Of a stretch of DNA of 64,000 bases, positions 57,686 to 64,000 are shown in pieces (the first letter of the stretch is position 1; the number at the start of each line of letters is the position of its first letter). The notes under the pieces are model-generated. The model saw only the letters and a program-made list of their open reading frames with translations. It was not told the DNA's origin and searched no databases. Both the position numbers and the translations under genes were made by a program. This DNA is from an uncultured Ruminococcus sp. (GTDB lineage: Bacteria > Bacillota > Clostridia > Oscillospirales > CAG-382): the NCBI GenBank assembly GCA_964549435.1, contig CAZJVB010000007.1, positions 571 through 64,570 of the forward strand, written 5' to 3'.

Positions 57686-59555
57686 TAGCCTTCGCGTCTT
57701 TTCTGTCCGCTGTTTTTCCGGATGCTTTTTTCTCATTCTTTTTCTTCCCAGAAGGCTTCCTGCTTCCCGAAGAAACCGTCCTCGGCTTCACAAGGCAATC
57801 CGGTCCGAATCCAATCAGTTCCTGCCTGCCGGCAAGGAAAAGTGCTTTTCGAACGGTCTCGGCATTTTCCGGACGGTACCATTGCAGCAGCGCGCGCTGC
57901 AGCTTTTTTTCTTCATAAGTACGCGGGACAAAGACCGGCTTTCCCGTAAAGGGATTCAGCCCGGTCCAGAACATGCAGGTTGACGCCGTACCTGGAGTCG
58001 GGTAAAAATCCTGCACCTGTTCGGGATTGATATGATTCTTTTTCAGATAAACAGCCAGTTCCACTGCGTCCCTCAGCGTCGAACCGGGATGGGAGGACAT
58101 CAGATACGGAATCAGATACTGCTCTTTTCCGATTTCTCCGGTATATTGATAGAACTTTTCCCGAAAACGGTTATATGTCTCAATTGAAGGCTTCCCCATC
58201 TGCGCAAGCACATGGTTAGAGCAATGCTCCGGCGCCACCTTCAGTTGTCCGCTGACATGATCTGAGATAAGCTTCCGAAAAAATGCATCGTCCGGATCGG
58301 CAAGCATATAATCGTACCGCAGCCCACTGCGGACAAATACCTTACGCACGCCGGGAACCGCCTCTATCGCCTTCAAAAGCGAAAGGTATTCGCTGTGATC
58401 CACCTTCATATTCCGGCAAACCTCCGGTGTCAGACAGTTTTTATGCGGGCAAACACCCGCTTTCTTTGCCTTTTCGCAATTATTGGAACGGAAATTGGCG
58501 GACGGACCGCCGACATCATGAATATACCCCTTGAAGTCGGGCTGCTGTACCAAAAGCTCCGCCTCCCTGACACAGGATTCGATGCTGCGGGAAGTTACAA
58601 TCCGCCCCTGATGGAAGGCGATGGAGCAGAAATTGCAATTTCCGAAGCACCCGCGATTGTGCGTGATAGAAAACCGCACCTCCTGAATTGCCGGGATCCC
58701 GCCTGCCTTTTCATACATCGGATGATAGGTCCGCATATAAGGCAAGGCATATACTGCGTCCAGTTCCTCAGTCGTCAGGGGCGGCATCGGCGGATTTTGC
58801 ACCAATAGCTTCCTATCATAGCCTTCCAACAGAGCCTTTCCGTAAACGGCATCCTGATTTTCACTCTGCAAGCGGAATGCTTCAGCATAGATCTCGCGGT
58901 TATCACGAATATCATCATATTCGCCGGTAAAAACCGCTTCGAAATGCGGTTGAAATTCTCTGGACTCCAAAAAAACGGTGCCGCGCACGTCCCGGATTTT
59001 GCGGATCGGTATCCCTTTGTTTAGCAAATACGCGAGCCGACGCAAAATATTTTCCCCCATCCCATACGTCAGCATATCCGCACGACTATCCACCAGTATG
59101 CTGCGTCGAACCGCATCCGTCCAGTAATCGTAATGCGCAAACCGACGGGTGGATGCCTCAATGCCGCCGAGAATGATCGGCACATCGCCATATGCCTCCC
59201 GCAGACGATTACAGTAGACGATGACGGCGCGGTCCGGACGGAAACCCGCTTTACCTCCGGGAGAATAGTAATCGTTGCTGCGGCGCTTCTTGGCAACTGT
59301 ATAATGCGCCACCATGGAATCGATATTCCCACTGTTGACCAAGAAAGCAAGCCTCGGCTTTCCCAACCGCTTAAACGGCTCGCAGGAACGGTAATCCGGC
59401 TGAGGCAAAATGGCAACGGAATATCCCTCCGCCTCCAGAACGCGGGAAACAATCGCCGTTCCGAAAGACGGATGATCTACATAAGCATCTCCAGTCACAA
59501 TGATGAAGTCCGGCTGACCGATCAGCTCTTCCGGTTTGACAGGCAAAAAAGGCAT
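57666..59555 (-). CDS. ygiQ: YgiQ-family radical SAM protein (UPF0313)
   Basis: MPFLPVKPEEL...DFIIVTGDAYVDHPSFGTAIVSRVLEAEGY... and CFGNCNFC (CxxxCxxC). Basic Lys/Arg-rich tail. Confidence 0.85.
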   Translation of the reverse strand: MPFLPVKPEELIGQPDFIIVTGDAYVDHPSFGTAIVSRVLEAEGYSVAILPQPDYRSCEPFKRLGKPRLAFLVNSGNIDSMVAHYTVAKKRRSNDYYSPGGKAGFRPDRAVIVYCNRLREAYGDVPIILGGIEASTRRFAHYDYWTDAVRRSILVDSRADMLTYGMGENILRRLAYLLNKGIPIRKIRDVRGTVFLESREFQPHFEAVFTGEYDDIRDNREIYAEAFRLQSENQDAVYGKALLEGYDRKLLVQNPPMPPLTTEELDAVYALPYMRTYHPMYEKAGGIPAIQEVRFSITHNRGCFGNCNFCSIAFHQGRIVTSRSIESCVREAELLVQQPDFKGYIHDVGGPSANFRSNNCEKAKKAGVCPHKNCLTPEVCRNMKVDHSEYLSLLKAIEAVPGVRKVFVRSGLRYDYMLADPDDAFFRKLISDHVSGQLKVAPEHCSNHVLAQMGKPSIETYNRFREKFYQYTGEIGKEQYLIPYLMSSHPGSTLRDAVELAVYLKKNHINPEQVQDFYPTPGTASTCMFWTGLNPFTGKPVFVPRTYEEKKLQRALLQWYRPENAETVRKALFLAGRQELIGFGPDCLVKPRTVSSGSRKPSGKKKNEKKASGKTADRKDAKAIRRRRG

Positions 59556-59667
59556 ACGATTTCCTCCCGATCATCATTTTTTGGTTCTTCTTTGATATTT
59601 TAACATATTTCTCTCTGTTTGTCAAGAAAGGCCTTGACAAATGATAAAAACTATGTTATTTTAATTT

Positions 59668-59688
59668 TAATAATAATTCTTATTATTA
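59668..59688. promoter_or_regulatory. Fur/PerR-box-like 9-3-9 inverted repeat upstream of the fur-family gene
   Basis: TAATAATAA-TTC-TTATTATTA, 10 nt upstream of the ATG. TTGACA lies at 59634-59639. Confidence 0.5.
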
Positions 59689-59698
59689 GGAGTCAGGC

Positions 59699-60115
59699 AT
59701 GACTAAGCAGCGCCAACTGATTTTTCAGATCATTATGAATACCGACAATCATCTTTCCGCAGAAGAAATTTTTCGGATTGCCAAGAAACAATTTCCCTCT
59801 ATTGCACTGGGAACTGTCTACCGGAATTTGCGGCTGATGGTAGCGGACGGAGAAATCCGTCAGATTTCCTCGCTCGATGGTCCGGACCGCTACGACCGCA
59901 ACATGAATCCGCATGACCATCTTCTTTGCGAACGTTGCGGAAAGCTGGTGGATATTACCTTCGGCGGTTTGAAAGAAGTACTGGAGTCCCGCGCGGAAAT
60001 CACAGTACTGGACTATCAGTTGAATATCCGCGGACTTTGCGCAGCCTGCAAAAAAGGAAGTCTGCTTTCTGCGGGCAGAACAGATGGCATAAAAGCAAAC
60101 CATATTTTATCATAA
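59699..60115 (+). CDS. perR: Fur-family transcriptional repressor (PerR-like by context)
   Basis: RQLIFQIIMN...HLSAEEIF...LGTVYRNLRLM...HDHLLCERCGKLVDI...CAAC. Followed by rubrerythrin. Confidence 0.75.
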   Translation: MTKQRQLIFQIIMNTDNHLSAEEIFRIAKKQFPSIALGTVYRNLRLMVADGEIRQISSLDGPDRYDRNMNPHDHLLCERCGKLVDITFGGLKEVLESRAEITVLDYQLNIRGLCAACKKGSLLSAGRTDGIKANHILS

Positions 60116-60130
60116 AAGGAGACAATAACC

Positions 60131-60670
60131 ATGGAACTTAAGGGAAGCAAAACCGAAAAAAATCTGCAGACCGCTTTTGCGGGCGAATCGCAGGCATATA
60201 CCAAGTACGGATATTATGCCGACGCTGCCCGTAAGGCAGGCTATACCCTGCTCAGCGACCTATTTGCCGAAACCGCCGGCAACGAGAGAGAGCACGCCAA
60301 GATCTGGTTCAAGCTGCTGCACGGTGGCTCTATGCCCGACACTGCAGTCAATCTTCAGGATGCAATTGACGGCGAAAATTACGAATGGACGGACATGTAT
60401 AACGGCTTTGCCAAAGAAGCGCGGGAAGAAGGCTTCGAAAGAATCGCAATCCTCTTTGAAATGGTCGGTGCCATTGAGAAGGAGCACGAGGAGCGCTATC
60501 GCGCACTGTTAAACCGCCTGAACACCCAAACCATTTTTGTCTCTGATGAGGTTTGCGTTTGGCAATGTACCAACTGCGGTCACATTTGTGTCGGCCAGAA
60601 AGCGCCACAGGTATGTCCTGTCTGCGCACATCCGCAGTCCTATTTCCAACGCAGGGCGGATCGCTATTAA
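60131..60670 (+). CDS. rbr: rubrerythrin
   Basis: Diiron ExxH motifs ([20 protein letters not shown]) and a C-terminal rubredoxin-like CTNCGH...CPVCAHP. Confidence 0.9.
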   Translation: MELKGSKTEKNLQTAFAGESQAYTKYGYYADAARKAGYTLLSDLFAETAGNEREHAKIWFKLLHGGSMPDTAVNLQDAIDGENYEWTDMYNGFAKEAREEGFERIAILFEMVGAIEKEHEERYRALLNRLNTQTIFVSDEVCVWQCTNCGHICVGQKAPQVCPVCAHPQSYFQRRADRY

Positions 60671-60678
60671 AAGTAATG

Positions 60679-60713
60679 TACGGGAGGCAGCCGCCTCCCG
60701 TACTTCCTTTTTT
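60679..60713 (+). terminator. rho-independent terminator after rubrerythrin
   Basis: TACGGGAGGC-AGCC-GCCTCCCGTA followed by CTTCCTTTTTT. Confidence 0.75.
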
Positions 60714-60915
60714 AGAAAGCAAGCTCTGCGTCACAGAAAAAAGTAAGCTGAACATACTCCGATCCTTCTTCCTCCAGCTCACATACGCCCATTTCCTCCG
60801 CCTGCCCATCCTCCAAAGATGCCGACCGTTTGCAGAACGCAAGCCACTCAAAGAAGTCAAGTCCATCCTCCTGGCAGTTCTCCATGTCAAGGAATTGTTT
60901 TTCCCATAGTTTCAT
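60712..60915 (-). CDS. hypothetical acidic 67-aa protein
   Basis: MKLWEKQFLDMENCQEDGLDFFEWLAFCKRSASLEDGQAEEMGVCELEEEGSEYVQLTFFCDAELAF. No recognisable family. The RBS is weak. Confidence 0.35.
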   Translation of the reverse strand: MKLWEKQFLDMENCQEDGLDFFEWLAFCKRSASLEDGQAEEMGVCELEEEGSEYVQLTFFCDAELAF

Positions 60916-60918
60916 CTT

Positions 60919-61152
60919 TCAAATGACACCCTTTCCTACCATTTTTTGTTTTAAGGAGTTTACACAGCTCCCCGAAAGCTGAATTTTAAGATATTTCCCC
61001 GTCATTTTAGCAAAGTAAACGCAGCCCGTCTTGAAGAAAAATGTGCTGCAATCACTCTGCCATACCCACCACCAACTATATACCACCCTGTCTTTTGCCA
61101 ACGTAATCTTCGGGTATTTCCCCTTTATTTTACCGCAAAAACCGAACTTCAC
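60919..61152 (-). CDS. questionable 77-codon ORF (basic, Trp-rich, internally repeated)
   Basis: GTG start. The stop lies 3 nt before the ATG of the acidic ORF. GKIKGKYPKITL and AKMTGKYLKIQL repeat 40 codons apart. This may instead reflect a non-coding DNA repeat. Confidence 0.2.
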   Translation of the reverse strand: MKFGFCGKIKGKYPKITLAKDRVVYSWWWVWQSDCSTFFFKTGCVYFAKMTGKYLKIQLSGSCVNSLKQKMVGKGVI

Positions 61153-61305
61153 TTTATCAATTTAGGTTTTGTCTGCAAATAGAATAGCATCTCCTCTGTA
61201 CAATAAAACGAACATTTTCAAGGGCGCTGTCAAAATATTTCGCACATTAGTTTGCATATTGCCCAAACCTACCGCAATTTTTTTGTAAAACTTTTCAAAA
61301 AGGTA

Positions 61306-61334
61306 TTGCAATTTCACCAAATTTAATGTAGAAT
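61306..61334 (+). promoter_or_regulatory. sigma-A-like promoter of the CdaR-type regulator gene (TTGCAA-17-TAGAAT)
   Basis: TTGCAA at 61306-61311 and TAGAAT at 61329-61334. It leaves a ~120-nt leader. Confidence 0.5.
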
Positions 61335-61460
61335 AGAAGCCGAATTCATAAAAACACACATGCAGAATTTCGAATAATCAAATGGAATTTGCTATGTAAT
61401 TTCCCCTCTTAATCAGGAAAAGAACATTGCATCTCCGCGAGAAAGGAATGGTCATACAAC

Positions 61461-62546
61461 ATGAGCAACAAATTGTTTCAGGGGCTGGTTTATCAAATGC
61501 GGGAGGCAGTAGACCGCGATATTGGTATTATTGATGAAAAGGGAACCATTATCGCCTGTAGTCAGCTTTCCCGAATCGGCGAAAGCCACAGGGAAATCAT
61601 TGAAGAGATGTCCTATAACTTTGATACACTGACCGCCGACGGCTATACCTACCGTCCGATCGGCTCCCATGCACGCATTGAATATATTGTTTTCGTGCAG
61701 GGCGAAGATGATTCCGCCAAAAGCACAACCATGTTGCTTTCCATCGCATTTGCCAATATCAAAACGCTTTACGATGAGAAGTATGACAAAACCAATTTCA
61801 TTAAAAATATTATTCTGGACAACATTCTGCCCGGCGATATTTATATCAAATCCAAGGAACTGCGTTTCGACAATGAAACAAACCGTGTCGTACTGTTGAT
61901 CCGCTTCCAATCCAAATCGGATATCGTTCCCTACGATATTATCCAGAACATGTTTCCCGATAAAACGCATGATTATATCATCAGCGTCGGAGAAACAGAC
62001 ATCGTTTTGGTCAAGGAACTGAAATCCGGCACCGACAGCAAGTCGATCGACGCAATTGCGCATTCCATCGTGGACAGTGTCCAGAGTGAGTTCTACCTCA
62101 AATGCGTCGTCGGCATCGGTACCGTTGTCACCTCTGTCAAAGAGCTTGCCCGCTCCTACAAGGATGCGCAGGTCGCTTTGGAGGTTGGTCGCGTATTTGA
62201 TACGGAGCAAACCTGCGTCAATTATGAAAATCTCGGCATCGGTCGCCTGATTTATCAATTGCCGACCACGCTTTGCGAAATGTTTCTGCAGGAAGTTTTC
62301 AAGAAAGGTTCACTGGAAAGTCTCGACCGTGAAACGCTGCTGACGATTCATGCCTTCTTTGATAACAACCTCAATGTTTCCGAAACATCCCGCAAGTTAT
62401 TTGTTCACCGCAATACGCTGGTTTACCGTCTGGAAAAGATCAAGAAACTGACCGGGTTGGATCTGCGCGAATTCGATCACGCAATCACTTTCAAGGTCGC
62501 ACTGATGGTCAAAAAATATCTGGTCAGCAAACCAAATATGTATTGA
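61461..62546 (+). CDS. CdaR/PucR-family transcriptional regulator
   Basis: N-terminal diacid-recognition-like segment (IGIIDEKGTIIACSQLSRIGESH). C-terminal PucR HTH (NLNVSETSRKLFVHRNTLVYRLEKIKKLTGLDLREF). Confidence 0.75.
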   Translation: MSNKLFQGLVYQMREAVDRDIGIIDEKGTIIACSQLSRIGESHREIIEEMSYNFDTLTADGYTYRPIGSHARIEYIVFVQGEDDSAKSTTMLLSIAFANIKTLYDEKYDKTNFIKNIILDNILPGDIYIKSKELRFDNETNRVVLLIRFQSKSDIVPYDIIQNMFPDKTHDYIISVGETDIVLVKELKSGTDSKSIDAIAHSIVDSVQSEFYLKCVVGIGTVVTSVKELARSYKDAQVALEVGRVFDTEQTCVNYENLGIGRLIYQLPTTLCEMFLQEVFKKGSLESLDRETLLTIHAFFDNNLNVSETSRKLFVHRNTLVYRLEKIKKLTGLDLREFDHAITFKVALMVKKYLVSKPNMY

Positions 62547-62565
62547 TCCATTCCCTGTTTACGAT

Positions 62566-63270
62566 ATGATCCATTTTCAAAATGTCTCTATGGCATATCC
62601 CGACGGTACGGTTGCCCTGAAAGAGATCAATCTGCAGATCGAAGACGGCGAATTCGTTTTCCTCATCGGTCCGTCCGGCGCCGGCAAAACCACGCTGACA
62701 CGCCTGTTGCTCTGCGAAGAGCGGGTATCCTCCGGTTCACTGGAGGTCAACGGATACCGACTGGACAGGATCCGTTCCCGGAAAATTCCGTACCTTCGAC
62801 GTACGATGGGCGTTGTCTTTCAGGATTTCAAGCTATTCGAAAAAATGACAGTATATGAGAACGTGGCATTTGCTATGCGCGTGATCGGAGAAAAACGCAC
62901 AGTCATCCGCAAGCGCGTCCCGTTCTTTCTGAACGTTGTCGGTTTGACGGATAAAGCCGGTTCGTTCCCCGGTCAGCTTTCCGGTGGCGAGCAGCAGCGA
63001 GTCGCATTTGCGCGCGCTATGGTCAACAACCCCTCGCTGATCATCGCAGACGAGCCTACAGGCAATATTGACAATGCGCTACGGGACGACATCATGGACC
63101 TGCTGCTTCGTGTCAATAAGTTAGGGAAAACCGTACTGGTTGTCACACACGATGAGGAGTTGCTGCGCCGCTACCGCAAACGGACTGTAGAGATCCGCTC
63201 CGGCGAGATCGTTTCGGACCGGATCGGTTTTTCGGACAGCGAAGAGGAAATGGGAGGTGCCTTGTCATGA
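62566..63270 (+). CDS. ftsE: cell-division ABC transporter ATP-binding protein FtsE
   Basis: MIHFQNVSMAYPDG...GPSGAGKTTL...LSGGEQQRVAFARA...IIADEPTGNID. Confidence 0.88.
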   Translation: MIHFQNVSMAYPDGTVALKEINLQIEDGEFVFLIGPSGAGKTTLTRLLLCEERVSSGSLEVNGYRLDRIRSRKIPYLRRTMGVVFQDFKLFEKMTVYENVAFAMRVIGEKRTVIRKRVPFFLNVVGLTDKAGSFPGQLSGGEQQRVAFARAMVNNPSLIIADEPTGNIDNALRDDIMDLLLRVNKLGKTVLVVTHDEELLRRYRKRTVEIRSGEIVSDRIGFSDSEEEMGGALS

Positions 63271-64000
63271 GATGGCTACGCTCTTTCCGCTACAACCTCG
63301 CGCAGGGCGCTAAAAGCATTTTCCGCAACAGCGTCATGTCTACCGCCTCTGTGCTGGTACTGCTGTCCTGTATGATCATTCTCGGTACTTTCTATCTTGT
63401 CATCGCTAATATCGATGAAAACTTCAACAGGATTGAAAACCTCAATGTCATTGAAGTTCGCATTCCTGCCACCTATTCCGACGACCAAATCGCGGAAATC
63501 GGCAGCGCACTTCAAAATATCTGTGAGCAATCGCCCATGATAGAGGGAGACGCCGTATACGTTTCCCGCGAGGAACACCTCGCCCTGTTTCAAGAGTTGT
63601 ACAAGGATCAAACATGGAGTTCTTTTTTCAATGAAGATCTGAACCCATTGCGTCCGAGTTATAAACTGACTTTCTCCAATTTTTCGGAGATCACCGAAGT
63701 TGTGCAAATCGTCACGCAAATTGAAGAAATTCGCCTTTCCGACGGCACCGCCGCAGTCACCAGTGGAGATATCAGCTCCTGTATCGACCTCTACCGCAAT
63801 GTAACCGGTGTCAAAAAGACATTGGCAGCAGTCGGTTTTTGGCTGATGGGTATTCTCCTTCTGATCTCGCTGTTTGTGATTATGAACACCATCAAGCTTG
63901 GTGTCTTCGCACGCAGAAACGAAGTCATGTTCATGCGCTATTGCGGTGCTACCAAAGCGTTTATCCGCACGCCATTCCTTGTTGAAGGTGCCATCTTAGG
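63267..64000 (+). CDS. ftsX: cell-division ABC transporter permease FtsX (N-terminal part; runs off window end)
   Basis: Not in the ORF track because no stop lies in the window. The ATG at 63267 overlaps the ftsE stop (ATGA). My translation MRWLRSFRYNLAQGAKSIFRNSVMSTASVLVLLSCMIILG...FMRYCGATKAFIRTPFLVEGAILG fits the FtsX layout (TM1, large loop, FtsX domain). Confidence 0.8.
   Translation, partial: MRWLRSFRYNLAQGAKSIFRNSVMSTASVLVLLSCMIILGTFYLVIANIDENFNRIENLNVIEVRIPATYSDDQIAEIGSALQNICEQSPMIEGDAVYVSREEHLALFQELYKDQTWSSFFNEDLNPLRPSYKLTFSNFSEITEVVQIVTQIEEIRLSDGTAAVTSGDISSCIDLYRNVTGVKKTLAAVGFWLMGILLLISLFVIMNTIKLGVFARRNEVMFMRYCGATKAFIRTPFLVEGAIL

Noticed and set aside
61041-61106. A 21-codon Cys/Pro-rich plus-strand peptide (MCCNHSAIPTTNYIPPCLLPT) as a possible RiPP precursor.
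   Set aside because: There is no credible RBS and no adjacent maturase. YgiQ, 1.5 kb away, is not a RiPP enzyme. An ORF this short is expected by chance.
61452-62258. A 268-aa minus-strand ORF.
   Set aside because: It is antisense to the CdaR/PucR-type regulator, which has clear N- and C-terminal family motifs.

Overview
This 64-kb window looks like mostly core chromosome from a spore-forming Firmicute, probably Clostridia. That placement is inferred from YlbJ/YqfC/YqfD sporulation genes, a GlgC/GlgD pair, a T-box leader and cohesin/dockerin modules. No taxon was confirmed by search. All product calls come from reading the supplied translations, plus my own translation of two edge-truncated genes and one micro-ORF.

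Gene content in order:
- ylbJ-like (partial), yqfC, yqfD.
- An orphan class-I fumarase beta subunit translationally coupled to a DivIVA-domain gene.
- An Na+/alanine symporter and a P2-type cation ATPase.
- A coaX plus ECF S-component pair.
- A Cys/Met PLP enzyme, a small ORF and tcdA.
- A copper locus: an HMA/membrane/CupA-like cupredoxin fusion, an unannotated HWHC micro-ORF, a DUF2318-like protein, csoR with two operators, copA, and a copA-coupled unknown protein.
- Rrf2 and LysR regulators.
- A long minus-strand BCAA operon, ilvB-ilvN-ilvC-ilvD-(DUF815 ATPase)-leuA-leuC-leuD-leuB, behind a T-box leader that is probably Leu-specific.
- An orphan solute-binding lipoprotein.
- A 1063-aa secreted protein with a cohesin-like module and a dockerin, containing a ~99% identical 540-bp tandem duplication.
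- An Isf-like flavoprotein, a sigma-70-family factor and a zinc-ribbon protein.
- A glycogen operon (small TM ORF, glgC, glgD, glgA, glgP, GH13) ending in AAC(3)-like and NahK-like genes.
- rpsO and pnp.
- A DUF4317 / 1007-aa lipoprotein / hypoxanthine-type DNA glycosylase / MATE cluster, where the MATE start looks frameshifted.
- ygiQ, perR-rubrerythrin, a CdaR-type regulator, ftsE and ftsX (partial).

I saw no rRNA, tRNA, CRISPR array, transposase, integrase or phage genes.

The best candidates for something undescribed are the accessory genes of the copper locus (11.6-17.5 kb) and the cohesin+dockerin surface protein (32.3-35.5 kb). Both are hypotheses from sequence reading only. None of the homology statements has been verified by a database search.
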